A DNA stretch of 63,006 bases, filler included, from Choristocarpus tenellus KU-1152 (taxonomy: Eukaryota; Protista; Phaeophyceae): assembly GCA_964200185.2 (NCBI GenBank). It is 15 parts of 15 records of this genome, joined end to end, with 100 filler letters (N's around TTAATTAATTAA, not from the genome) between each part and the next. Parts side by side here need not be neighbours in the genome. Positions count along the whole stretch, not along the records: positions 1 to 2,877 come from CAXNAD020023989.1; positions 2,978 to 10,450 come from CAXNAD020006102.1; positions 10,551 to 14,721 come from CAXNAD020015860.1; 12 more parts are not named here. The stretch is one strand, 5' to 3'. The position numbers and the translations under genes were made by a program. Positions 1 to 13,054 of the stretch are shown here, one piece after another. Position 1 is the first letter of the stretch, and each line of letters starts with the position of its first letter. The notes beneath the pieces were generated by a model. It saw only the letters and a list, made by a program, of their open reading frames with translations. It had not been told where the DNA came from and ran no database searches.

Positions 1-1049
1 CGAGATGGTGTGGGAAGTGGTGCGGTGGGGGGTGGGGGGGGGGGGGGGGGGGGGGGGGGGCTTTCTCTGGACTATACGATGAATGCCATTGCAATCTCGT
101 ACCTCCCGAAGTAAGTTTAGGAACACATCAGGTCATAAACACATGAACTCACCACCCCAAATCGTTCACATAAGTAAGTCTACTGTTAAAGCAAGATGCA
201 CATGCAAATCTGGTGTTTCTGCCATTGTTCGGAGTCAGTGCATTCACGGAAAGGTTAGGTAGAGCCGAAAATGAATTTCCAAACTGTACCAACGTTTCAG
301 TGAAGAAATAAAGCCACAGGTACATAAGTAAAATTTACGTTGCATCACTATGCCCGCATCAACTAGTAGTACAGTTCTTCACAGTACTTGCTTAAGTTTC
401 TTTTCATCGAGATCAACTCTACTCCTTCTCCAGCATCCAAAAATCTCCCATCCGGATCATTTAAGACATTGGGAAATAGCGAGTTTCCTGTGGATTTGGA
501 GGCACAAGTGTTGATTGGAATAGAATGAGGGGTTCTGATCAGGACTCAGGGTAGCATCCCAGTCATTTATTGCAAGTTTTGGGAAATGATACTTTAAAAA
601 GTGTTGAGAGTTAGGACTTGTGTCCTGCTGCAGGCGAGCTTGTCACTTGTCAAGCAGTACATTTTCTTGGGAGAGTATCACATCAGCCAACGTAATACAA
701 GAGTTCATAATATTTATTTTACTAAATGATGTCGACCATCTCCTCTTACCAATGCCTATGTCATGGTTGTTGCATTTGATTCCTATACCCATGGCAAGAC
801 TTCTTCTCCCTTGCTCCTTCTCAACAAGGAGCAACCTATGGCCTGCCAACACACCATTCAATACGACACACTTCTCAGTTATACGAATAGAGCTCGATAA
901 TTGTATTCATGAGGTGTAGCTGGGGTGTTCTTACAAGGTAGAAGCGATTGACTAAGGTTTCATGTGGTGCATCACACTAGCTACACCCCCAATCCTCCAA
1001 CTTACTTATACAGAACAATCATTTCTCTATTTATAGAGAAGCATCTCAC

Positions 1050-2649
1050 CTCATACCCAAAGCCTACGGGAGACAGCATGATCACACAGTTGAGTGGGAT
1101 CTCAATTGAAGGACACTTTTCAGGTGGTGTATCGGTAAGGTACCCGTAAATTATTCGAAGCACTGGAAGGTGTGACACAAGAATCACAGGGCTTGTTTCT
1201 CTGATCATCTCCAAGATAACAGGCTCCAAGCGGGAGAATACATCCTTGAGAAATAGAAAACAGTAGTGTGCTCTATGTGTTGGAGGGAACAAAACAAAGG
1301 GTTAAAGTAGACAGAGGCTATGGCTTATAAACTTGGCTATCCAAATCATACTCAAAACGACCGACGTCAAATATCAGTTTGTACCACTATACCATGTAAG
1401 TAGGGAGAGGTTACTTCATATAAATCAAGCTATCCAAATCATGTTCAATAAGATCAACTTGTAATACCAGTTTGTACCACTATACCAGGTAAGTAGAAAG
1501 AGGCTAATGACTTATAAATTTGCTATCCAAATCATAATGGATATGACCAGCATGTATCATCAGTTTGTACTACTACAGCAGGTAAGCCCTGCAGAAGGGA
1601 GACAGTAATAGTAGGAGGCATGTTCAGTGATTGAGGTGTTCATAAATAGTTGGATATGAAAGTCTTTGTAAAGAGTGGGTAGGTTGGTAAACCTACAGTG
1701 ACCTTGGAGAAATGGTCATGAAGGCAGCAAATCATGTATATATAACAGAAAGTGGACATGAGCAATTAAATCTTGAAGCCTTCAAGAACGACTGCACCAG
1801 GGGCAACATTGTTTTGTATTTCTCCACAATACTCACACAAATCTTCCCTCACCTCGTAACTCTCTCCATTGTGGTATCGAAAGTGAAGCTTATCTTGCGA
1901 TCGGGCATGGTACATCTTGGGGTATTGTGTTGCAAAGTCCTCATAAGTCAACCCCCGCAAACTCCCAGGATTAAGATCATTCAGAGAGTTCAAGTGCACA
2001 ACAGGGAAGCCTAACGCTTCCAGCTTCTCTGTTGTTTGTCTTGCCGATGACTGCCAATGGTTGAAAGGTCTAAGAGTGAGAGATCTGTTGGATAACCAAT
2101 GCATATATGTATGTTACACCTACTTATACTGCACATGGCATATCACAGATCTTACTGGACCTTGTTTTTCCCCTCGATTTTTTTCTCACTGGTGATCATT
2201 TGTGTATTTGACATGTGTGAGGTGTAATATCTAGTTGGGTTGGATTGGTAAATTATCTCATTCCACAGTAGTCTTAACTCATCTCTCCATCTTTCATATT
2301 TTATGTCTGTCTCCTTGAGCAGACCCCACGACATACCCCCTTTTCTGTCTCATGGTATGTCACGGCAACCGGCTCATAACACCACATATCTGTTGCCAAG
2401 ACCCCAACACCTCACCAAGCTGGAACTCCACACAACTGGGTTCGAAAACCGCTCCTCTGCCATCCTTTCCATTGTGGCAGCAAATTTGTCTGCATAGAGC
2501 AGACCTGCGGGAGTCAACCCAGTGTCCATGCCTAGTTGCCCAGTTCTATTGGCTGTGCTCTCACCAGGGCGAGTCAATATAATTGGCCGAAGCTTGAGCT
2601 GTGTATGCATTAGAAGGTCCATCACCTTTCCGAGAGCAAACCCATTGGC
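1050..2649 (-). CDS. 6-phosphofructo-2-kinase/fructose-2,6-bisphosphatase family, C-terminal histidine-phosphatase domain (partial; exons about 2649-2416, 2050-1853, 1244-1050)
   Basis: Three phase-0 GT-AG exons splice to ANGFALGKVMDLLMHTQLKLRPIILTRPGES...VWSSSL|SSARQT...LNDLNPG...GLTYEDF...DKLHFRYHNGESYE|DVFSRLEPVILEM...VSHLPVLRIIYGY...CPSIEIPL. This matches the hallmark FBPase-2 motifs (RHGES, RYPxGESYxD, RLEPVIxELE). Confidence 0.9.
1312..1590. repeat. Diverged intronic tandem repeat, 3 units of about 90 bp
   Basis: GCTATCCAAATCAT...CAGTTTGTACYACTA...GTAAG recurs three times. Confidence 0.8.
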
Positions 2650-2877
2650 CTGATGCAGTTGAAGCACGGAGTGACTGGTATCCATGGTTGTGTAAATGAG
2701 GAGAAAGGAGGATTTGCTCTGGTATATCGAGGAAGAGGTGAATATCTATGCATGCGCTTACAACCTAGAGGGTGGCATATCTGGTGTTGTGTGGAGTGAA
2801 AGCTGTTAGGTTTTGTGAAGAGAAAGTTATCACTGGGTCAAAGTATCTGGGGGGGGGTGTCGGCGTCCATTTTTCAC

Positions 2878-2977
2878 NNNNNNNNNNNNNNNNNNNNNNN
2901 NNNNNNNNNNNNNNNNNNNNNTTAATTAATTAANNNNNNNNNNNNNNNNNNNNNNNNNNNNNNNNNNNNNNNNNNNN
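2878..2977. other. Artificial contig linker N44-TTAATTAATTAA-N44. The same linker starts at 10451, 14722, 17939, 21547, 26401, 29739, 33152, 38499, 42929, 49094, 52452, 55782 and 59616.
   Basis: An identical 100-bp spacer with a six-frame stop cassette occurs 14 times. Confidence 0.98.
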
Positions 2978-4509
2978 CCATTGAGGCGCATTCGCCTTGC
3001 AAGATCTAACACCCCTCCCCCCCCCCACCCCCCAAACACTCTATGACACCAATGACACATATCACTTTGGACCTTTCCAACACCTGTTCGCATCGCTCTT
3101 GTCTTGTTGCCCCTGCAGAAACTCTGAACACGCCTTCCTGAAAAGGCGACAAGAAACGATGATTGTGGGTGGGGGAGGGGAGTGAAAAAAAAAGGTAGGG
3201 CAACAGGAAAAAGAAAAAAGAGAGATGTAACTGTACGTTTATTTAATATTATTTCTACTGATTGATTTCTGAACTCCAATCGTGGTGAAAAGTAATAAAA
3301 TAAAGTTACGCACAGAAGATTCTTTGGCAATGACTACACTACTCTTGAATTTTTGTTTTCTAGAACGGATTTTTCTTTCACTTGCTAGAAAACTCTTGCT
3401 CTTTTTTTCAATCGGAAAGAATGCAGGAAATATTATTAAAACTAGAGAACACAGGGGGGGGGGTATTAGGGGGGTGCACAAACATACTATTTTTTTTTTA
3501 TGTATTAGAAATTAAACTGGCGAAAAGAATCATTCAAGTTTGATTTTTTTTTTAAAGAAGGCAGATGCACCATTTTTAAATTAAAAAATGAAACTTGGAA
3601 AATAAACACACACACACAATATATATATATTAAAACCGTTCAAAATAAAAAATAAAACAAGCATAAAACAGGACGATTTGCACATTGTATTACCAGATAA
3701 TTGACCCAACCAGGAACTCTTCTCTTCAACGACCCAAACGAAATCAAGAGTGTCGGTCCACACCCCACGGCTACTCTTGGGCAACATCATATTGACCAGT
3801 CACAACAACAACATGCTTGGTTCTCTGAAGTCGCCTGTTGTAGCTACAAGGACACTATCTATACACACGTAAACTCTTTTTTAATGCCTGCCCATTGAGA
3901 TTTTGTAGTGACATAGTGGCGAAGCATACATATTGGGCAAGGGCAAAACCAAAACAAAAGTGGATTTTTTTGTGAATGACTGCCACATGTCTTCAACTCG
4001 CTTTTTCTTTTCTCCTGATGTTCTGTTCCTTCCTCGTCTCTTTTTGTTATTATTCTTCTATTGCATGTTTTTTTTCCTTGTTGCCTCTTCTCAAGCAGCG
4101 TCTGTTACCTTCTTTGGGCTATATACCGTTTCCACAACAGGTCAGGGGTCCCTCATGATAAATAATAAATAACCTCGGTTATATTGCGCGTCATGTTCTG
4201 GCAACAGTTACAGTCAGGAAAAGAATCAAACAGCTATACCTATTTCTACTGTACGGTAGCACGCGCGTGCGTGTATGTGTTTATCCAAAGGACTTCAACA
4301 CTTAAAAAAACTTGAAGCTCAACCAAGCCCCCAGAACAGTCTCCACACATACGCACACACACACGCAGTCAAATTGGGCGAGTCCTCTTCCCTCCACCTC
4401 TTGCATTACCCGTAGTGTATCCGGATGTTACTTCCATTACGGTACAGAAGAACTATTTCTAATTGTAGCTTCAAACAGAATATAAAAAAAATATTCTATA
4501 ATAAAATAT

Positions 4510-5185
4510 AATTTAATGGAAAGGGCATTTTGTTCTACGATATCCCTTCTAAGATCAACATTTGGTTCCGTTTGCTCGATTGTTATTCCGTGAAAGGGCC
4601 TACATCTACATTATTCTTTTTCAAAAATCGATTTATTATCTTGGAAGTCAGAAAGAGCAAGAAATGGAGGAATTCGTCAGAAGAAAAAATAAATAAAATG
4701 GAAAAAGGAAAAACACTTTTCGTCGGTCCTACTTCCTTGTAACGTCCAGTATAGAGCAAACGGTCGAGCATCTGGTAACCAACAAACGCTCTAACCCGAA
4801 GTGTTTTTCTAGGTCCAGGATAACTGTTGAGGCGATACCCTCTCTAAGATCCATTTTTTTGGACAACACTCAGGGCTATTACCTCTACGTGGTAGGATGT
4901 CCAAAAAACGCTAACACCGATTCGGTCCGTAACATCTTCACATCGTCTAGGGCAACAATCGTGGGCATTTGGTGTGTAACCTTCCTTGTACAGAATGCCT
5001 TGTTGGTTGCAGCGGTATTTGCAAATAGGTCAAAATTCGTGTTGCAAAACCAATATGTTTTGTGAGGTGTGAACATTTTGATGGTTTGTTAAACAAATAT
5101 ATTTGGTCCAAAATACGCTACAAATTTAACTGTTCCGCCTTTGTCTTTCAAATAGAAAACACAAAATATCTTCAGTCTATTTATT
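4510..5185 (-). pseudogene. Decayed P-loop/SF3-helicase-like remnant, possibly an endogenous viral Rep
   Basis: One frame reads FYLKDKGGTVKF (Walker A-like, GGTGK>GGTVK), then a stop, then TYWF...PTIVALDDVK (Walker B-like). The region is AT-rich, has no apparent introns and has several stops. Confidence 0.3.
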
Positions 5186-5289
5186 CTACAATGGGTGCAA
5201 AGAGAATGCGTTCACAATAGACCTTTAAAAACAGGATTCACAAGAATTATTTCAAGTCTATAGTGTTCGCAGTCGCCTCTTGTATCAGA

Positions 5290-5537
5290 CCGATCTTAAT
5301 TTTCTTGAAAAGGTTGCCCAACAAGTTAATCGACGACTAGCATATCGAATGAAAGCTCTTGATCTACCGTTTTTTTCGGCACAACTTTGAAAATGTTTCG
5401 GAACAAATGATCACCACCAAAAATATTCTTGTCGAAGAATTTCTTGCGGAAATCGATAGCGTAGATCAAGAGCTTTCATTCGATATGCTAGTGGTCCATT
5501 AACTCGTTGGGCAAAACTTAAAAAAAATCAAGATTGG
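5290..5537. repeat. Inverted repeat with a perfect 32-bp core (5336-5367 / 5461-5492), next to a transposase remnant
   Basis: ACTAGCATATCGAATGAAAGCTCTTGATCTAC and its exact reverse complement, with imperfect outward extension. Confidence 0.9.
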
Positions 5538-5579
5538 CAACAGCCAAAACGGTATGTGGGGAGGCCTCGGCTTAGTAGT

Positions 5580-6378
5580 GTTTAAGTGACTCACAGGACA
5601 CTGTGACGTACAATGAGCTCCGAGTTGTCACCTGACGACGTTGACGTTGTGGTGCGGTCAATCCCCGATGTTTGAGCTCGTCCACAAGGCGAGAGAAGGG
5701 GGAGGTCGTGGAGTGCTACAGCTGGATGTTCAAACCAACGAAGCACAGGCATAGTCGCGACCTGGATGGTGAGCACTAGGCTGTTGGCAGATACACCTCG
5801 CATGAAAGCTGGTGATATTCAGACACTCAAGTTCGCTCAGGGTGATCCAACCCCATTCGACCGGTCCAACATACCTCCCAAGGAATATGTTGGACAGGTT
5901 AAGGGGATGAGACAGATTTTGCAAAGAGAGTGGTTTGTTTATCCCATGGATGACCAAGGACGGGGGCAAGAACAAGAATAAGAGCATGAGCATGGCGTAC
6001 GTTCTTGAGGAGCAGCCGGATTTCAAGGTGGTAGAACCAAGTCTTCAGATTCTGGTTGAGCGTCTTGGAGGACACTGCTTGATGCTTCCAAACTACCACT
6101 ATGAATTGAACCCGATAGAGATGGTCTGGGGGCGGGCGAAGCACTATGTACGAAGCCACTGCGACTGCACGTTGCCTGGAATGAGAGCCAACATTTCTGT
6201 CAGTTTTAAGGAGGAAGGGGGGCTGTCTAGAGAAATTGTGGAGAGGTTCTTCACGATGAGTATTGCTTAACACCTGATATATTCCAATGAGAAAGGCATG
6301 GGGTGCACCAAATTGGACAGGGCGTACAATACATTTAAGTCTCACAGGAGGCCTGCACCTTCAGAATACCTCGTTTGA
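5580..6378 (+). mobile_element. IS630/Tc1-mariner superfamily (DDE_3-type) transposase C-terminal remnant, frameshifted
   Basis: GQVKGMRQILQ, frameshift, VLEEQPDF...LPNYHYELNPIEMVWGRAKHYVR..., stop, FKSHRR. These are typical KGMxxVL, QPDF, LPKFHCELNPIE and YKSHRR motifs. Confidence 0.85.
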
Positions 6379-7006
6379 CTTGGCATGAATTATTTGGTTC
6401 AGAGGCCTGGGCCCCCATGAGTGATCCTTGGTCAGCTGGTTACAATATTGCATAAACGGGAAAAAAATGGAAAGAGGATGGAGAGACAACAACGCGCATG
6501 TTCTCTGGGTGAAGATGATCTCTTCTGGCGTCAAAATCGTCCTTAAATGCGGTTCGGACTACTTGATTTAAGTATGATCCTGTATTTCTCACGATTACTG
6601 CAAGTTGACCAACCGAGACCCACCAAATAAGGTTAAACATGATTAAGCGATTACAACAAACATTTTTCATGAAGAAAATTGTTGTTGATCAAAAGTTATG
6701 GGATGACAAAGTTGATGCAGGAGGCGACGACCAAAATTGTACAATAAACAGTATGTATTGACTTCTCAAGTACTAATACACATAACATCAAAATAGACGT
6801 ATCTTAAGAAACAAACAGAACACGTGACACATTCCGACTCTCGTACATATATATGAGGGAGGGAGGCAAACAGGGTTACGGTTTTGTCAGCGAAACAAGA
6901 TGTGAGAGCAAACCATAGATACAAAAAAAGAACCTTTCGCATTTATGACAACTGTTTCTTTTTTAGGGGTTTTTCTGACATGCAAATAGTTTTGATCTGT
7001 TTTTCC

Positions 7007-7049
7007 CCTGACACATCTCCAAAATGTCAGAGGGCACAATAATAAAAAT
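7007..7049 (+). repeat. Dispersed terminal motif CCTGACACATCTGCAAAATGTCAGAGGGCA(TAA)n; other copies at about 13055, 13984, 14651, 27141, 28306, 43091, 59510 and 59568
   Basis: Recurrent 30-45 bp motif with a CTGACA/TGTCAG stem and a TAA-rich tail, found on several independent contigs. Confidence 0.8.
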
Positions 7050-10000
7050 ATATTGCACGTGCGTATGGCACCACGAAACCAACCCATAGCATCAATAACA
7101 AAATTGTAGTGTACACTGGACAACAATATTATTTTTATTATGTTACTTTGCAGTACAGTAGTTAAGATATTTGATACTGCTACTGTCATAGACCGCCCTC
7201 TTTCTCCCCTCCATTAGCAATAGTAAGAAGATAAAAAGAACAATAATAATAACACGTATTTGAAGAGAATAATAATAATAATAAAAATAGTAAGTATATA
7301 CACATTTCTCGATCAATGTGATTCTATCTTCCTCAAATATTCTTGAAATAGATCAGGCCGATCGCCCGTTGAGGTGTACTAGGGTGTGACAAATGGCGAC
7401 ACGCAGTAGTCACCCAGCCGATTAGATTACGCATGTACCCGCGGACACCGATGTTCTTGAGGGTAGAATCCCTACCGTTTGGACGTCTAGCCAGCGCAAA
7501 CAATAAGAGAGTGCAAACAGGGCTTCACTTTTGCCCCCTAAATAGCAGGCAGCCCATGCCCAGTTCAAAAAGCATTGCAGTAGATCACGAGCAATATCAC
7601 ACTACATGTACTGATACGAACGATCATACACTTGCATAGAACCAACAAGTACCAGGAACACATCACGCCATTTCGCGTTTTCCATACACAAACAAGATAA
7701 TGAAGGAAGGAAAAAGAGTAGCGGTCGAGATTCATTGCGTGCTTCTCGAGGTACTGTAACGGCACTTTGTGCCTCTCCCAAAAGTCAACCTAACAAAATA
7801 TTGTCGAAGGTGTGAATGCGCCCTAATACCAAACGTAGCGCGTTACCCGGACAGAACCAAATATATAAATGAAGAAACGGTTCAGTTTGATGAAAAAAAA
7901 AATACTGTTACGGCCCGTTACATTTTTTATTTTTAAAGGGAACCATTTTCATTATAGCCACATTGATAAAAACAAATTCGATACGATCTTAAGACTTGTG
8001 CAGTACTACCTCTACCAATACTTAGCACTTCATATTCTTATTTTTTTTAAATCAAATGAAAATGTTAAACTGACGTAGCAAGTGCATGCAATTACTGACT
8101 ACTACACCATACTCTGAACTATTTTTTTTTCATTCTTTATTCCCACACACCTAAAGGCGTTATAGTCTTTAGACGACAGCAGCGACTGCTTTGCCAGACT
8201 CTTCACCAGTCGAATCCTGCATGACAAAGACGTCTCCACCTTCAACCCCATGCCTGCCCCCCCCCTACCCCGCTGTAATCCTCCCCCTCCATTGCTGCTG
8301 CCCTCTCCAACAATTTCTATTCCATCATCTTCTGCAGCACTGCCACGATCACCCGAGCCACTACCACAGACTCCGTTCCCCGCCCTGCCCCCACCATGGT
8401 TATCTGAGAACAGTCCAGCAACGGTCCAAGAGAGCAATGGTATAGAGAGGTTTACAATTCCTTTGCTGGCTGATCACTTTCCTTTCTTTCTTTTTTACTA
8501 ATGTAGTATCAACCCAATAATGTCCAGATTCCAAAATAGGGGTATCCGGGAGAACAGGTACAGGGGGATGGGCTTGCAATAACATTAAAGTAATTGTTTA
8601 CTACAGCTGATCTAAAAAAATTTCCTCCATTTAGAGTTTAGCGCTATGCCAGCATTGTGATTTGTTCCTAAAAACCGAAATAAATGATTGAAGCACTGGA
8701 GCCCTGGTTGGAAAGTACTGCACACCTTTTGAGTATTTCATTTATTTTACTATTCTGTTTTTGCACAATCATTCCCAGGGTTCGAGTTTTCGTGCGTTTT
8801 TCAAATGAACAAGAACAATCACTTCTTTGAAAAAAAAAATTAAGTTAACCGCACAACTCAGCAGTGGAACGACAAAATCACATCAATACAGCGATACTTC
8901 CAATCACCAACGCGCTCACTACACTTCACACTCATCACAGCAACGCATTAAGCTTTTTCCGCCTCAAACCTCACCATGGTTACAGTCCCTTTCAACTTCA
9001 ACTTCAACAACACAATTCTTGCACCCACCACAGTATCACATTCAATTTCTTAACTCTTCGAACAACTTCAAACCTTACCTCAATCAAATACCTGAAAGTT
9101 AAAGAAAAAAACACCTCCTTCAGTACTCCATTCCATTGCTCTCTAATACAAAGCAACAGCAACAACTCTTACTGATCATACGCTCAACTCACCTGAGAAG
9201 GCGATATCCTCTCCGGGGGGGGCGAGCAAGACTGTGCTTAGCTTTGCCCAGGACGAAGGCTGCCAAAGGATGATTTGAACCAAGGCGCTAGGCACCTCAG
9301 CAGTCTGTTGAAACTGCTGCAGGAATAAAGCCACCTTCAATTTTTTTTAAAAAAGGTTTTGACAGTTACATCCCTCGATAGAGACAGATCTTGTAAAATC
9401 AAATGCAACCACAAAATACTTTCCCGAGGACAAAAATTGGAATATATATATATATATATATTTTATTGACCCTGACGGAGTGTAGCATACCCACTATCAC
9501 CAGTACCATACACCAACAACTCACAAGCACACTCTCTCACTCTATCCAATACACTAACCCAGACAGCATGTGCTGTATGTCAATAAGACATATAAATCTG
9601 CTATAGATACGTAAGTGCAAAACTACTACTAGTAACACACAAAAAATATATGAAAAATAAATTTCACAAAAATGAAAAAAAATATGCATATATATTCAGT
9701 ACACATTTGTTGCATTTCATTTTCCAGTATCGATACACACAATGACCACCTGAGATTTCAAACTCAATACCCACTCACCTCACGGTGACTGGGGTTGGTC
9801 TCTACTCCGGCTGAACCAGAGGGGTTGGACCCTCCACCAGCACCGCCAGCACCACCTGTCAGGTCAGAGAGTCTGGTCTTTGCTAGGTCCATGTAATCCC
9901 GTACCTGTGTGGAAAATCTGGCTCTAAAATGATAAGGAGGGGGGACAGGGGGTTTTGGAATTTGGGATTTGGGGGTGAGGATTGAGTGCTTTGGATAGAG

Positions 10001-11104
10001 GTTTGGTTGGATGGGGGGAGGGGAGGGGCTGGGTGGGCTATGGTATCATATGTGTGAAATATGTGCATATATATATATAAATATAAAGAAGGCAAAGGTC
10101 TTGTTCAATCACTAGGCAAGCACATACACCAGTACTCTTACATGGACAAACTGCACACTGAACACACACATGTGTGTATGTATGTATGTATTAGGGATTT
10201 AAATTAGGGTTAGGGTTTAGGCGACAATACCATGTCAAATTTAACTCTTATCCACTGTCATACACCAAATTTTAATAAAATGTAACGAAAATCGGTTACA
10301 TTTTTTACCCACACAATTTTTGAACGATAAATATCCTCATGTCCACGATAGTGTACATGCGTGTCTTCAATACACATCGCCTGCCTGGTGTACATTTTTT
10401 TTCTCTTCCCCCCCCTTCCCTGCCCTTTTTATTTTCACAGAACCCCCCCCNNNNNNNNNNNNNNNNNNNNNNNNNNNNNNNNNNNNNNNNNNNNTTAATT
10501 AATTAANNNNNNNNNNNNNNNNNNNNNNNNNNNNNNNNNNNNNNNNNNNNCAAAAATCGCGACATGAAAAAATTGACCCCAAATGGACAGCCACCACCCC
10601 CTCCCAGATACTTTGATCCACTTGCACCAGTGAAACACAGAGCAGTGCTCACTAGCTCTATCTTCTAGTGATAACTATATCCAGGTGAGGCTGATGGCTA
10701 GGAGTCTGTACCTCAAAGGTGAAATCCTTCGTCTGGCTTGTTGGCCATTGGACCTATTGTTGGTAGGTGGTTACCAGATCTGGAGGATGTCTACCTCTCT
10801 GTGCAATGTGCTCAGCAAATCAGTGGGAGTATAGTGCATGTATCCATGGAGTACATTTCTACAGCTGGTCCGAGGTAGAAAACCATGCTGATGTGGCCAA
10901 ATGTTTGGTAGGGGATTCTGGACACTATGAGTGGATGTAATGGGTATATGTCCTTAGATTAGTATCACGATTACATTGACTGTACTGCTATTGGCAATAA
11001 TCGCCAGTGTGCATGTTTTGGTCGATGTGCGTGTTGTTTATGTATTATGGTGTGGTTATGTAGAGGGTTGTTACATTTTTCTCATTTTTTTCCCCTCTCA
11101 TTGT

Positions 11105-11284
11105 GACCCGAAGTATCTGAGGGGGGAGGGTCTACATACACCAGAGTGTCCGTTTGGACCATAACCAGGAAAAGTGCACTTACATTATCCATCCGACGTA
11201 TGAAACCAATTCACCCAATAATCGCGACATGGAAAAATTGACCCCAAATGGACAGAAACCACCCCCTCCCAGATACTTTGATCC
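11105..11284. mobile_element. MITE, short subfamily (about 180 bp), TIR core CAAAGTATCT...AGATACTTTG, TSD TGT
   Basis: Both termini are present and flanked by TGT. Related copies or ends lie at about 10551, 18039, 26387, 26527, 33081, 43029, 46124, 49250, 57921 and 62993. Confidence 0.85.
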
Positions 11285-11481
11285 TGTAAGAGGTGAAGAG
11301 GTTGAAGCAAGTGGTGTATGATTTCATCTTCCAAAAGTGAAATTATGGTACTACTACCTCCGTGCCATAAACCTGTGCCGCGCTGTCCATAACTATAGGA
11401 GATGTTGATGAAATTCATTTCTGGTAGAAGATTTGGAATCCTTAACAATTTTCTGGTTAGGGTCAGCTCTTTTGATTATTC

Positions 11482-12814
11482 TTACTCCCCATCCATCACA
11501 ATTTTATCAGCCACAGAAAAAGCCTCCATGTCTACCTTTGGCGTGTTTTTCAAGCTCACCATAACTGCCTCTTCCTTACCCCTGCGTATTCCACTCTGAA
11601 ATCATTCCCCCCTTTGTATCTAAGTACTTGATTGTACATCACAAAAAGGAGCTGCCAAGCCCTCTCAAGTGTGGTTTCATCATAGACCTAATACTGTTTC
11701 TTACTGACCTTCACCATCTCCTCGACGGACCCAAACCACTCCGCCATCATCCGTCATTTGAAAGATCTTTAGAAGCACAGGTCCATGATATTGAGGTCGG
11801 GGGAATTAGATGACTACGTCAAAAACCTAATCAACCGCCCCTCAGTCTTCCCTGCCTCTCACAGGATTTCGGAGTCGCCCTTGCCCGTGTGTGTGGGGTG
11901 GCACCGTCTTACTGAAGGACAATGTGCTTCCCCTGCAACCAGGGCATCTTGATCTGGATTGCAGGCAGTACTCCTCCGTGTACCACTTCCTGTACCACAA
12001 ATGGTCTAAAGTACTGTTCTGCTCATACGCATCCCCCCTTTAATGTTTCTTGCTAGTTCTGTCTGCCGTTTTTGGCGCACACACACGCCAAACACCGAGC
12101 TTTCCATCAAAGCTGTGAGCCGAATCTGGGCTGGCGATGGCTGCAATGACCATGGTTTTGGGGATATTACTCTTTGCTGCACGGTAGGGGACCCTGGAAG
12201 GTCGCTATCATCCTCATGCGGAAATACCCTAACCCTTTCCCCATCAGCCATCACGTAAAACCAAGTTTCACCCACATGGATCGCATTCGCCATGGAGGCG
12301 TACACGCTACGTTTCCAGTCCACTTGATCGCAAACAAAGTCCATTCTCCATACCTTTTGCCACGATTTAACCTTGGGTTTGATCCAGCGGTGATTTGGCA
12401 TGGCCCCCATATCATCCAACCACCTCTTTATGGTGCTCGTGCTATATAATCCAGCTCCTTGGCAGCCATCTTCATTGCCACCTGACCCAATGTGGATGAC
12501 CGATTATCGGAGTTGATACTATGTATTGCGGCCATCTTGGTCGGTGTGAGCTCCGAAGGCCGCCCACTACGTGCCGCCACCCCTAGGTTAAGCGTCTGGC
12601 CACGGGCGAGCTGATCAGCAACATCCTCCCAGAGCCCTCGCATGTAACGCTTCGACACTCCAAACTCCGCTGCGAGGGCCGGCCCAACGTGTCGTGGCAG
12701 CTTGTGCTCACCAGGGACCATCGCGAGGTGGTGACGCACTTCAAGCGCAACCCTGGTATTCAGGGACACTTGGGCACCCTTCCTATGCAGGGGGATCGAT
12801 GAGGGGGTTGCCAC
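11482..12814 (-). mobile_element. Plant/oomycete-type mariner (DD39D-like) transposase pseudogene
   Basis: N-terminal HTH ending RSGRP, IHVGETWFY (compare IHIDEKWFY), Q*DGATPH, PPTS/DLNIMDL and YKGGNDF motifs, with stops and frameshifts. Confidence 0.85.
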
Positions 12815-13054
12815 GACAACGTTCTGACCCTTGACGTGCCCAGTTCTGGTCTCAAAATCACCCCAAAGACCCCTACTTTGACGACTTGAAGCACCTCGAC
12901 TTTATACCTGATTATCCTTGACTCGCACCTTTCCTGAAAGCTGAGGTTGTCAACGCGATTTCATTCTGTGGGGTTATCGTCCGATTCGGTGCCGCTCTCG
13001 CTCGGTGAGCCCAGGTGTTTCGTGGCACAAACTTATGGCACAGGGGTAGTAGTA

